From NCBI GenBank assembly GCA_963666205.1, contig OY762654.1, positions 2,176,001 to 2,240,000 on the forward strand: a stretch of 64,000 nucleotides of DNA. Reading direction: 5' to 3'. How positions within the stretch are numbered: position 1 is the first letter of the stretch; each line of letters begins with the position of its first letter. Positions 9,807 to 19,386 of the stretch are shown here, piece by piece. The position numbers and the translations under genes were made by a program. The stretch is from Synergistales bacterium. GTDB taxonomy: Bacteria > Synergistota > Synergistia > Synergistales > JAFGMB01. The notes under the pieces are model-generated. The model ran no database searches, was not told the DNA's origin, and saw only the letters and a program-made list of their open reading frames with translations.

Positions 9807-11249
9807 TCAGTTCTGCAATTTGCTCATACCTTCCCGGGCCAAGGACATCAGATTCATGTAAGGGTCCATAATGTCGTTATGATAGGGCGAATGGACGAAG
9901 TAATGGCCAAAAAGGTCATTAACAGTTTCTTTCCTGGATATAATGTCTATAAACCTTTCAACCAGAAAAAGGGGAGACTCGTGATCCAGTACTACCTGGA
10001 ACCCGATTATCTGCCCTGGTCTGAGAGAATCCGAAACCCCGGTTGCAATTACTATCTTCCAGGTTCCATGGTGTCCTTCCGGCATGGCTTCTTCCCTGGT
10101 CCTGTAGGGTATTGTGATACCCATAGTTTCTATTCCAGCTCTCCGGGCAATTTCCTCAGACCATCCAACTCCTCCGAGATGAAGATCAAACACTGCTGTA
10201 AGCCCCCACACAGTGGCAGGAGGGAGTGTCGCCGACATGCCGGCTATATTCATGACTGCGACCATGGCCTGTCTCATGGCAAGGGTCCCTATCAGTGGGA
10301 GAACAGGAAACCCGGTTGCTCCATCCAGGATTTGGACCGCATCTCCTACGGCGTAAATATCAGGGTGGGATGTTCTCATTGTTTCATCAACAATGATACC
10401 TTTTTCTGTTCCAAGGCCCGATTTTTCTGCTATGGATATATTGGGTTTAACTCCTGTCGCGAAGATTATGCCGTCAGCATGGATCTTTTCTCCGTTATTC
10501 AGGTAAATCCCTTCTCTGAACACTTTCCTGACCTGAGTATCAGTAATCACTTTAATGTTCCTTGATTCTAGTCTTTCCAGCACAGTAGCTGTCATTTCGT
10601 TATCCAGGAAGGGTACTGCATGAGGAAGGGCCTCTATAAGGATAACCTCAAGACCTCTATCATAAAGGGCTTCGGCCACTTCAAGGCCTATGGCTCCTGT
10701 ACCTACTACTATTGCTTTTCTGTTATCTGAAGCGAATATGTCAAGGGAAAAAGAGTCTTCTGCTCCCCGCATGATATATACATTTTCAGCAAGAGATGAG
10801 CGAGGGATGATATCTTTACCCACCATTACCCATGTAAGGCTTTTATCCAGAGGAGCTTCTTTTCTTGTAACTCCATTGACTGGAGGGATCCAGCTCATTG
10901 CTCCGGTGGCCAGAATGGCCTTCTCAAATGTTATTTCCACATCTTCGGAAGATTGACGAATGGTTGCTGTCTTCTTCTCTGGGTCCAGGCCGATAACAAT
11001 TCCCCGAACTACATCTTTTAAGGTATCGGCCGGAAGCCTTTCAGGATCCTGCAGGTTCACCATCTCAGCCTCAGGGCCTGCAGGAACAAGTCTGCGCCCG
11101 ACACTGTAGGGTAGGCTGCATATTACTGTGGGGTCTTCGTTAATTACCAATGTGATATCGTCTATACCCATTTTTCTGGCCATCATGTATGAAACCCTAC
11201 CGCCAGGACCTCCTCCAATGATAAGAAGAGCGCAGCTGCTATGGACCAT
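9807..11249 (-). CDS. FAD-dependent pyridine nucleotide-disulfide oxidoreductase (NADH oxidase / CoA-disulfide reductase-like)
   Basis: IIGGGPGG, single-Cys ICSLPY, ATGA, VGTGAIGLE, TSHPDIYAVGD. Confidence 0.85.
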   Translation of the reverse strand: MVHSSCALLIIGGGPGGRVSYMMARKMGIDDITLVINEDPTVICSLPYSVGRRLVPAGPEAEMVNLQDPERLPADTLKDVVRGIVIGLDPEKKTATIRQSSEDVEITFEKAILATGAMSWIPPVNGVTRKEAPLDKSLTWVMVGKDIIPRSSLAENVYIMRGAEDSFSLDIFASDNRKAIVVGTGAIGLEVAEALYDRGLEVILIEALPHAVPFLDNEMTATVLERLESRNIKVITDTQVRKVFREGIYLNNGEKIHADGIIFATGVKPNISIAEKSGLGTEKGIIVDETMRTSHPDIYAVGDAVQILDGATGFPVLPLIGTLAMRQAMVAVMNIAGMSATLPPATVWGLTAVFDLHLGGVGWSEEIARRAGIETMGITIPYRTREEAMPEGHHGTWKIVIATGVSDSLRPGQIIGFQVVLDHESPLFLVERFIDIISRKETVNDLFGHYFVHSPYHNDIMDPYMNLMSLAREGMSKLQN

Positions 11250-11370
11250 CAATAAGATACCCCCTTGAATGAAAGATAAATGTCCATTAAGAATATTCCC
11301 TGTAAAGTATACATCATTGAAAATGTCGGGCGGAGCATGTCTTTCTTTACTATGGCCTTCTGTGTTATTG

Positions 11371-12321
11371 TCAGCACTCTGTTCCAGGATCTATCAGGTT
11401 AACCATTTCTCCCTCACCATCCAGATAGACCTTCAGATTATGCCTTATTATCTCCAGAGCCTTTTCCAGGTACCTTACAGATTCTCCACAGATATGAGGG
11501 GTAATGAAGACATTCTCCATTTCCCATAGCGGGCTATCTTGAGGAAGGGGTTCCGTGTAGAATACATCTGAAAAAAATGCCCGGAGTCTGCCAGTTTCAA
11601 GAGCTTCAACAAGATCTTCCTCATTGACTGTTTTTCCCCTTCCCATATTAATGAAACAGGATGTTTTCTTCATAAGATCAAAGTACCTGCGATCAACGAT
11701 CTTCTCTGTTTCCGGAGTGTGGGGTAGAAGATTTATCACATATTCACTCTGACGGAAAATCTCTTCCATCTCCAGAGAAGTATAGACCCTGTCCACATAT
11801 TGTATTTTCTCTGCTGTCTGTTTTGTTCCTATTACCTTCATGCCCATAAGGTTGGCCTTTTCAGCAATTTCCCTGCCAATTGCTCCAAGTCCGAGGATTC
11901 CCACAGTAGCACCTTCTATCTGGTCCTGTGCAGGAGAACGATCCCATTTCTTCTGCTGTCTGTTTCTTATTATTGCAGGGAAGTTTCTTGCCATCATTAT
12001 CATTGCCGCAATCGCATATTCAGCCATATGTACCCGATGAATTCCCTTTCCGCTTGTAAGTATGATTCCCATATCCTTCATCTTTTTTAGGGGAAGGTCG
12101 TCAATTCCGGCTCTTATGGACTGAACCCATTTTAGTAGAGGTGCCATGTCGATCATTTTTTCTGTAAGTTTTATGGTAATGAAAATTTCCGCATCCTTTA
12201 TTTTTTCCTCTATATTCTCCAGATCATTGCAAAACTCAAAATGTATGTCAGGAAACTCCTCGACAAGAGGCATGGCATCACTTTCAGGGTAATAGGCGGT
12301 ATAAAATAAAACTTTTCTCAA
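11371..12321 (-). CDS. D-2-hydroxyacid dehydrogenase family protein
   Basis: GILGLGAIG, LPHTPET, INMGRG, DVFYTEPLP, ITPHICG; TTG start at 12321 after AAGGAG. Confidence 0.92.
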   Translation of the reverse strand: MRKVLFYTAYYPESDAMPLVEEFPDIHFEFCNDLENIEEKIKDAEIFITIKLTEKMIDMAPLLKWVQSIRAGIDDLPLKKMKDMGIILTSGKGIHRVHMAEYAIAAMIMMARNFPAIIRNRQQKKWDRSPAQDQIEGATVGILGLGAIGREIAEKANLMGMKVIGTKQTAEKIQYVDRVYTSLEMEEIFRQSEYVINLLPHTPETEKIVDRRYFDLMKKTSCFINMGRGKTVNEEDLVEALETGRLRAFFSDVFYTEPLPQDSPLWEMENVFITPHICGESVRYLEKALEIIRHNLKVYLDGEGEMVNLIDPGTEC

Positions 12322-12451
12322 ATTGCTCACTCCTTCATTGTGATATTTTGTAAGTTGGTTCTTAATACATACTAAGGGTATAATTAATAATATCATTATC
12401 AGCTTCAAGGCGAAACGTATAATTATGGATTTGGAGAAAGGGGATAACTGA

Positions 12452-12784
12452 ATGAGTGGACATAAAATAAAAGTTTATATGGAGAAGGCGAGATCGGCTT
12501 CCTGCTGAGCTTCCATGCCCTATAGTAAAGAGGATAGAAGTACCTCTCCTGTTGAAGCGAACCGTGTGTTCGCCGCCGATCTGATGGGTAAGATAAGGGA
12601 AAAATACGGGGATCGAATGAGGATAGACATATATGATCCCCGATGTCCTTTATGGATATTTGACCTGATAAGGTTCAATGTAAGGGCCACTCAAGTTGTC
12701 TGGGTGATGGATGGGAAGCTTCTGGCCAGGGGAATACCTTACTGGGAAGAACTGGACAGCAGGATAGAAGAATTTATGCAATAG
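12452..12784 (+). CDS. Putative novel selenoprotein, 110 aa, thioredoxin-like fold, Cys-Sec (CU) motif; TGA 12506-12508 read as Sec
   Basis: TATAAT at 12418-12423 and SD GGAGAAAGGGG precede ATG 12452; MSGHKIKVYMEKARSASC-TGA-ASMPYSK continues in frame into ORF 12515..12784, whose own ATG lacks an SD. Confidence 0.75.
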
Positions 12785-13001
12785 AACATAAGGTATAAAG
12801 ACGTTTCAAGCTTTTTGTCTGCTGTCCATACTGTATATGGTAGGAAGGCTGATCACCTGAGATATGCCAATAGTGCAAAAATATAAGAATTTTATTGTAA
12901 AGGTTGAAATTTTACAAATAAGTAGTACTATGTGATACCTCGGTTTGTATAAGCCGATTATTGTATATTGTATATTAAGTTTGCAAGGAGATGGCTCCAC
13001 C

Positions 13002-14273
13002 ATGAATAGTTCACAATGGATAGGGCTCCTGATATTTCTGGGAACATATATTCTGATAGTAAGTGAGAGGGTTCACAGACTTAAAGCAGCTCTTCTCGGA
13101 ATATCTGCAGTACTTCTGATCCAGCTTGTTGAACAGACAGATGCCTTCTCTTACATTGACTTCAATACCATCGGATTACTCATAGGCATGATGATCCTGG
13201 TCGGGATCATCCGGAAAACGGGAATGATACAGTACATAGCAATAAAGGCAGTAAAGGTGAGTGCGGGTAATCCCTGGCTGCTTATGATTATGCTGTCAGG
13301 ACTTACTGCAATTATTTCTGCCCTGATCGATAATGTAACAACAGTTCTTCTTATAGGCCCCATAGCTCTTGCAGTTGCTGAAGTTCTGAAAGTGGATCCC
13401 GTGCCATTTATCTTTGCCGAGATATTCTCTTCCAACATTGGGGGGACTGCGACTCTCATCGGAGATCCGCCGAATCTTCTCATAGGCTCTGCCGCCGGCC
13501 TTTCCTTCAATGACTTTGTGCTTAACCTTGGACCTGCTGTCCTTTTATCCCTTGCAGTAATGTACGGAATCCTCTATTTCTGGTATGGCAAAGAACTTCG
13601 TCCTTCTGAACTCACGATCCACATTGCAGAAAATTTCAAGGAGCCCAAGGGACCGGAAGATATAGGACTGATTAAAAGGGTTTTACTTGTAATGCTGCTT
13701 GTCCTTACAGGTTTTATTTTCCATGGAAGACTTGGTATCGAAGCTGCTACCATTGCCCTTGCCGGAGCGACTCTGGGATTGCTGGTATGCCCTGTTGATG
13801 TAGAGGAAATTTTAAAGGATGTGGACTGGGTGACAATTCTGTTCTTTTCATCCCTCTTTATGCTTGTAGGGACCATAGAGCATCTTGGCCTTATCAGACT
13901 CCTGGCTGATCTTATGGTTACTGTAGTGGGCAGCCATTTTAAGGTTCTGTCCATTCTCCTGATATGGGGTTCCGGTATCATCTCTGCAATAGTGGATAAT
14001 GTTCCTTATACAGCTGCGATGATACCCCTCGTAAGGGATATAACTTCTCTGTCTGGTGTCCAGTCAGATTTTCTCTGGTGGTCCCTGGCCCTGGGTGCCT
14101 GTCTCGGAGGAAACGGGACACTTGTTGGTGCTTCGGCAAATCTGGTGATGGCAGGCATAGCAGAAAAGGACGGGATAAAAATCGATTTCAGGGCTTTTCT
14201 TGGCAGGGGCTCTGTAATGCTCTTCTTAACCCTTCTGGTTTCAACTCTTTACGTCTTTTTCCGTTACCTCTGA
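13002..14273 (+). CDS. ArsB/NhaD (ion transporter superfamily) membrane transporter
   Basis: ISALIDNVTT, SNIGGTATLIGDPPN, SAIVDNVP, LGGNGTLVGASAN; many hydrophobic helices. Confidence 0.9.
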   Translation: MNSSQWIGLLIFLGTYILIVSERVHRLKAALLGISAVLLIQLVEQTDAFSYIDFNTIGLLIGMMILVGIIRKTGMIQYIAIKAVKVSAGNPWLLMIMLSGLTAIISALIDNVTTVLLIGPIALAVAEVLKVDPVPFIFAEIFSSNIGGTATLIGDPPNLLIGSAAGLSFNDFVLNLGPAVLLSLAVMYGILYFWYGKELRPSELTIHIAENFKEPKGPEDIGLIKRVLLVMLLVLTGFIFHGRLGIEAATIALAGATLGLLVCPVDVEEILKDVDWVTILFFSSLFMLVGTIEHLGLIRLLADLMVTVVGSHFKVLSILLIWGSGIISAIVDNVPYTAAMIPLVRDITSLSGVQSDFLWWSLALGACLGGNGTLVGASANLVMAGIAEKDGIKIDFRAFLGRGSVMLFLTLLVSTLYVFFRYL

Positions 14274-14422
14274 TCCCACCCTTTAGCAATACTGAAAACT
14301 TACTCTCTTTCTTGCCTGGATCGCTGATCATTTTTGGGAAAGGGACATACTGATTCTTTTCGAAAAAACGATAGTGATGTACAATTCTAGTGGGTTAAAG
14401 TATTTTGAAAGGAGGAATGTTG

Positions 14423-15085
14423 ATGAGTCTGCAGGATAAACTTGATGTGATAGCGGCAGAATCAAAAAAGAGGTTTCCAGAGGATGCTCTGATGATCCTC
14501 GGTGAATTTAGAAAAGAGCTTGGTAATAGTGGGCTTAAGGAGAAAATTCCTGGAGAAAACAGCCTTCTTCCCCCCTTTGAGCTGGAAGATGAAGAGGGCA
14601 GATCCGTTTCCTCTGAAGACTTTCTTGCCAAGGGTCCCATGGTTCTGACATTTTACAGGGGGAGATGGTGACCCTACTGCCGTCTGCAGTTGCAGGCTTA
14701 TGAAGAGGTATATCTATCCATAAAGGAACTTGGTGCAAATCTGGTAGCAGTATCTCCAATGCTTTCGGCTTTTATCAGTGAATTCAGGGAGGAACTCGGT
14801 ATTACATTTCCCATACTATGTGACAGATCGAACAGGTATGCCTCCAGGCTGGACCTGACCTATATAATTTCCAATAATGTCCGGGAGGTTTATAAACAAT
14901 CAGGTATAGACCTTCCATTCTATAATGGTAATGAAAGCTGGGATCTACCAGTTACTGCGACTTTTATCGTTGATATTGAGGGTATTATCAGGTTTGCATG
15001 GAAGGAAACGGATCATACAAAAAGGCCGGAACCTGAATATCTTGTCGACTTTCTCAAGCAAATGAAAACCAGCGGGTTCTTTTAA
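14423..15085 (+). CDS. Peroxiredoxin-like AhpC/TSA (redoxin) selenoprotein, UxxC motif; TGA 14669-14671 read as Sec
   Basis: ORFs 14405..14671 and 14690..15085 share a frame and join as FYRGRW-U-PYCRLQL, matching the family motif FYRGxWCPYC. Confidence 0.88.
14682..14697 (+). promoter_or_regulatory. Candidate bacterial SECIS hairpin
   Basis: GTCTGC-AGTT-GCAGGC stem-loop; the loop starts 16 nt after the UGA and has G at its second position. Confidence 0.55.
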
Positions 15086-15164
15086 GGCCAGGTCCAGTCG
15101 CAGAAACCCTGATGATATAAACCCTACTGATCAAATATAATGTTGAGTGCGATCAAGCGTTAAA

Positions 15165-15464
15165 TTAGCTGTAAGTTCCGCATTCGGACAGGGTCTCTAT
15201 CTTCCGGTTACGGAAAAAGAGGAATATGTCAATGGATATCATCAGGATGTTTACGAGATATAATGCAGTAAGATAGCTGAAGCCAGGATAATCCAGGATA
15301 ACATGGGTTATCCCTGCAGAATATCCTGTGAGAACTATTAACAGGAAAAGGAGACTTTTCCCTTTTGTGCTTTGAGATACATATGATTTATAGACCGATA
15401 CCGGCCAGGCCAGGCCGAAGCATGCTATCATAACAGCTTCAAGTATTTGCCCCATATTGAACAC
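15165..15464 (-). CDS. Small PQ-loop/SemiSWEET-like membrane protein
   Basis: Three hydrophobic helices; CFGLAWP..KS..S.STKGKSLLFL. Confidence 0.7.
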   Translation of the reverse strand: MFNMGQILEAVMIACFGLAWPVSVYKSYVSQSTKGKSLLFLLIVLTGYSAGITHVILDYPGFSYLTALYLVNILMISIDIFLFFRNRKIETLSECGTYS

Positions 15465-15768
15465 CTTCCTGCATTGAAAAGATCACCCTGTTTTGATGTA
15501 ATCCTCGTTTTTATGGCGGTATTATACGCTTTTTTCAATAAAAACAGAATGTTATTTTTATGATAATAAAAATGCCTAAAATATAAATAAATTTGTAAAG
15601 AATAATATATTTTATAGTAAGTAATCCTGAATTAATGGTTTAAATCCTTGTTTAAAGATGTATTTTTATTCCCTTGACTTTAATGATATAATAAAATGTC
15701 TGTTTAATAATCTGAATAAAAGCCGTAAAATAAGTGAAGAAGATCGCTTCCTGGGGGGAAGTGGTTAT

Positions 15769-17097
15769 ATGCTGTTGTTCAGAAAAAATGAAATCAATAC
15801 GGGTAAACTGGCAGGGGTACTTTTAGTAGTGGTTTTGGGTATTCCAGTCGTTTCATGGCAGAACTTCCTTTTAGCACATGTACTGGCAGAGGGATGGTCT
15901 ATAATAATTGCCATCCTGATATATGTTCTTTCCACACAAACCTATCGTTTCTCCCGAAGAGATTATCTGCTGTTCATAGGGAAAGCTTTTCTTGCAGTTG
16001 CGATAATTGATTTTTTCCACACCCTTGCCTATAAGGGGATGGGTGTTCTTCCTGACCTTGGTACCGACCCGCCCACTCAACTGTGGGTAGCAGCCCGCTA
16101 TGTTCAGGCTATTTCCTTTCTGCTTGCACCCTTTGTTGCAAAACTTAAACTGTCCTCCAGTTTGTTACTTTACATTTATCTTACTATCACCGGCGCTATC
16201 CTTTTATCTGTTTTTGGTCTGGATATTTTCCCTACCTGCTTTGTCGAGGGAGAGGGGTTAACCCCGTTCAAGATAATCAGTGAGTATGTTATATGTCTGA
16301 TCCTGCTTATGGCAATTATCTACCTGTTTATTCATAAAGATGCTGTGAGCGACCTTATGAGAAAGATCCTTATCCTTTCTATGTCTCTCACCATATTTTC
16401 GGAATTTCTTTTTACGCTTTACTATGATGTTTATGGGGTAACGAACATGGCTGGGCATGTCCTGAAAGTTGCAGCCTTTTACCTCATATATGAAGGGGTT
16501 GTTGCAAGGGGGCTTAACAAACCTTACGAAGAAATATTTCAGGAGCTGAAAAAATCTTCCATACTTGATAACCTGACAGGTCTATACAATAGAACCGGAT
16601 ATATGGAATTATCCCGCAAACTCTGGGAATATGCATCCAGGGACGGTGGATCTTTAAGCCTCATGATGATAGACCTGGATAATTTCAAGCAGGTTAATGA
16701 CAGTATGGGACATAGAGAAGGGGATAGGGTCCTCAGAAAAGCAGGTGAAATAATTGCCCGCAATACAAGGGCCACTGATATTGTTTCAAGAATAGGAGGG
16801 GATGAATTTCTGGTTGTAGCCAAGGGAGCCCCTTCCAATCTCAGACTTGTTCAGGGAAGGATACAGGCTGATTTTTCCCATTATATTGAAGTGGAGGAAC
16901 TTCCATCCTTCATAGGTATAAGTTTCGGTATAAGCACGCTGAAGCCTTCGGGAGGTTTTATCAGGGATATCGAAGTCCTCTTCCACGATGCGGACCAGGC
17001 CATGTACCTCAACAAGATCCTCAAGAGAAGCAGGCCCTTTGCTTCTATTACGGAGAGAGAGCAGGATATAAGCAGGTTCAGCGAAGAGGAGGAATGA
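15769..17097 (+). CDS. Diguanylate cyclase with N-terminal MASE3 membrane domain
   Basis: HTLAYKGMG / TQLWVAARY MASE3-like segments; DNLTGLYNR, DLDNFK, RxxD I-site (RATD) and intact GGDEF. Confidence 0.9.
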   Translation: MLLFRKNEINTGKLAGVLLVVVLGIPVVSWQNFLLAHVLAEGWSIIIAILIYVLSTQTYRFSRRDYLLFIGKAFLAVAIIDFFHTLAYKGMGVLPDLGTDPPTQLWVAARYVQAISFLLAPFVAKLKLSSSLLLYIYLTITGAILLSVFGLDIFPTCFVEGEGLTPFKIISEYVICLILLMAIIYLFIHKDAVSDLMRKILILSMSLTIFSEFLFTLYYDVYGVTNMAGHVLKVAAFYLIYEGVVARGLNKPYEEIFQELKKSSILDNLTGLYNRTGYMELSRKLWEYASRDGGSLSLMMIDLDNFKQVNDSMGHREGDRVLRKAGEIIARNTRATDIVSRIGGDEFLVVAKGAPSNLRLVQGRIQADFSHYIEVEELPSFIGISFGISTLKPSGGFIRDIEVLFHDADQAMYLNKILKRSRPFASITEREQDISRFSEEEE

Positions 17098-17120
17098 TCA
17101 TGGTATCATTCCTCCTCTTC
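17083..17120. terminator. Bidirectional terminator overlapping the DGC stop codon
   Basis: GAAGAGGAGGAATGAT..ATCATTCCTCCTCTTC between convergent genes. Confidence 0.7.
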
Positions 17121-17124
17121 CTTT

Positions 17125-18078
17125 CTATTTGTATAGGTCAGTACTCAGGTATTTCAGACCCGAATCACATGCCATGAAGACTACGGTTTTCCCTTTTTCC
17201 GGACCTTTCAGCAGATTCTTAGCGGCGGCAAGGTGGGCTCCACTGGAAAACCCTCCGAAAATGCCTTCAATTCGGGCCAGGTCCCTGGCACCTTCGATCG
17301 CCTCTTCGTCCGAGACCTGAAGAAATCCATCTATCAGGTCCTGTTTCAGGAGGGGCAGATCTCTGGAATATCCGCATCCCTGGATCCGGTGTTTTCCCGT
17401 TCCTGGTAAGCCTGCAAGCCAGGCGGCACTGGCGGGTTCCACCAGGTAGCACCTGACAAGGGGTTTATGCCTTTTCAGGGCAGTGGAGATACCGGTAAAA
17501 GATCCTCCCGAGCCAGCTATATCAAGGTAGACATCTACCAGCCCTTCGGTATCTTTCCATATCTCTTCTCCAGCTAATTCTTCTCCGTGTGCATTTCCCT
17601 GCATTCTGAACTGATCAGCCCTGAATGCCTTTCTGTCCCTGACTATTTTCTGCGCAGCCTTTTCGACAAGTTCCAGGTCTTTGCCCGATACCTGTCCCGG
17701 CACCGATTCGGGATCCTGATCGACCAGGACGACTTCAGCGCCAAGAGCCTGCATCATTCTGGCCCTTTCCATGGAATTGCCCTTTGACATAACTGCCACG
17801 AAATTGTAACCCCTGATACTGCAGGCCAGAGAAAGGCCTGTTCCGGTATTTCCACTGGTCAGTTCTACTACAGTGTCACCCCTTTGAATAAGTCCTGCTT
17901 CTTCAGCTTCGAGAATCATATGCAGCCCAACCCTGTCCTTTTTGCTGAAGCCGGGGTTAAAGTATTCAAGTTTTGCAAGTATTCTTCCGTTGAGTCCGTA
18001 ATGCTCCACAAGTCTTGAACAATCCACTATGGGTGTGTTGCCTATTGTTTCGAGAACGCTGCTGGATATATTGTTCAT
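17125..18078 (-). CDS. Cysteine synthase family PLP enzyme
   Basis: IGNTP, LEYFNPGFSKKDR, TSGNTG, GSGGSFTG, DSGLKYLS. Confidence 0.88.
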   Translation of the reverse strand: MNNISSSVLETIGNTPIVDCSRLVEHYGLNGRILAKLEYFNPGFSKKDRVGLHMILEAEEAGLIQRGDTVVELTSGNTGTGLSLACSIRGYNFVAVMSKGNSMERARMMQALGAEVVLVDQDPESVPGQVSGKDLELVEKAAQKIVRDRKAFRADQFRMQGNAHGEELAGEEIWKDTEGLVDVYLDIAGSGGSFTGISTALKRHKPLVRCYLVEPASAAWLAGLPGTGKHRIQGCGYSRDLPLLKQDLIDGFLQVSDEEAIEGARDLARIEGIFGGFSSGAHLAAAKNLLKGPEKGKTVVFMACDSGLKYLSTDLYK

Positions 18079-18099
18079 GGCATTTCTCAGCGGGGAGAG

Positions 18100-18672
18100 C
18101 TATTCTCCCAGTCCCAGTTCTTTTTCCACCGGTTTCATGGCTTCGATGGTGCCGCCGATGAGATCTTCAACGGTTACCCCAAGCATTTCGGCTCCCTTTA
18201 TTATTATCTCCCTGTCAACACCTGCTGCGAATCGTTTATCCTTCCATTTCTTCTTCACCGATTTTACCTGCAGATCCTGGAGGGATTTTCCTGGCCGTAC
18301 TAGTGCAGTTGTGATAATAAGACCAGTAAGCTCATCGATGGCGAAAAGAGTTTTTTCCATTTCGGTAAGGGGTTCAATATCTGAACATATGCTCCAGCCA
18401 TGAGCCTGGACAGCTCTGATGATCTCATCAGAATATCCTGCATCTTTAAGCCATTGGGGGGCCAGACTGCAGTGTTTTTCCGGTGTTTCCTGAGTTTCCT
18501 CCCAATCGATGTCATGAAGGAGACCCACCAGTCCCCATAGTTCAGGATCTTCCCCCTTCTTTTCTCCGAAATAGCGCATTGTTGCTTCCACGGCAAAGGC
18601 GTGTTGAATATGGCTTTCTTCCCTGTTATGTTCTTTCACAAGTGCCAGTGCCTTTTCTCTTGCTTCGGACAT
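18100..18672 (-). CDS. HDIG-type HD-domain hydrolase
   Basis: H..AVEA, GLLHDIDWE, HG, DELTGL motifs; GGAGG SD before ATG 18672. Confidence 0.88.
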   Translation of the reverse strand: MSEAREKALALVKEHNREESHIQHAFAVEATMRYFGEKKGEDPELWGLVGLLHDIDWEETQETPEKHCSLAPQWLKDAGYSDEIIRAVQAHGWSICSDIEPLTEMEKTLFAIDELTGLIITTALVRPGKSLQDLQVKSVKKKWKDKRFAAGVDREIIIKGAEMLGVTVEDLIGGTIEAMKPVEKELGLGE

Positions 18673-18781
18673 GTGATCTACCTCCCTGTAAATTCTGATA
18701 TTCCAATTATTGACCTGAATAGAAGAAATGGTACAATATAACGTACTAAAGGTCAATATAAAGGACAATTGGAGAGAGCCT

Positions 18782-19339
18782 ATGAAATCAGTAACTTCTA
18801 TCATAAGCCAGAATCTGAAAAAAATAAGAAAGGAAAGAGAGATTTCCCTTCAACAGCTTTCGGAGTTGTCCGGAGTAAGCAAAAGTATGCTGGGAGAAAT
18901 TGATAGAGGGATGGCCAATCCCACCATAACGGTTATGTGGAAGATCGCCCGGGGACTTCAGATCCCTTTTACTGCCCTTCTCCATGAAGATAAAGAACCT
19001 GTTGAAGTTGTTTTGCGAAGGAATATGGAAGGAATAGTTAAGGGTGAAGGGTACGATGTTTATTCCTTATTCAGTTTTGAAGAGGACAGGAAATTCGAGA
19101 TATTCATGGAAGAGATCGGCCCTGGTTCCAGTTATGAAACCCAGGGCCATAATCCAGGGGTGGAAGAATACATAATGTTGGGGAGTGGAAAGCTGGAGAT
19201 ATTATTCCAGAATTCCTCTTATCTGCTGGAAGAAGGAGAAAGCATGCGTTTTAAGTCGGATCAGCCCCATGGTTATAAAAATCCGGGAAATGATCCTGCC
19301 AGGGTCTTTTTCATTCTTTTTTATTCCGGAAAACAGTGA
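18782..19339 (+). CDS. XRE-cupin transcriptional regulator (PuuR/SutR-like)
   Basis: SGVSKSML.EIDRG.ANPT HTH; C-terminal cupin H..GVEE and PHGYKN. Confidence 0.9.
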   Translation: MKSVTSIISQNLKKIRKEREISLQQLSELSGVSKSMLGEIDRGMANPTITVMWKIARGLQIPFTALLHEDKEPVEVVLRRNMEGIVKGEGYDVYSLFSFEEDRKFEIFMEEIGPGSSYETQGHNPGVEEYIMLGSGKLEILFQNSSYLLEEGESMRFKSDQPHGYKNPGNDPARVFFILFYSGKQ

Positions 19340-19386
19340 TAATCTCTGCATGCTGATTTAAAAGATCTTTAAAATCCGGTAATTTT

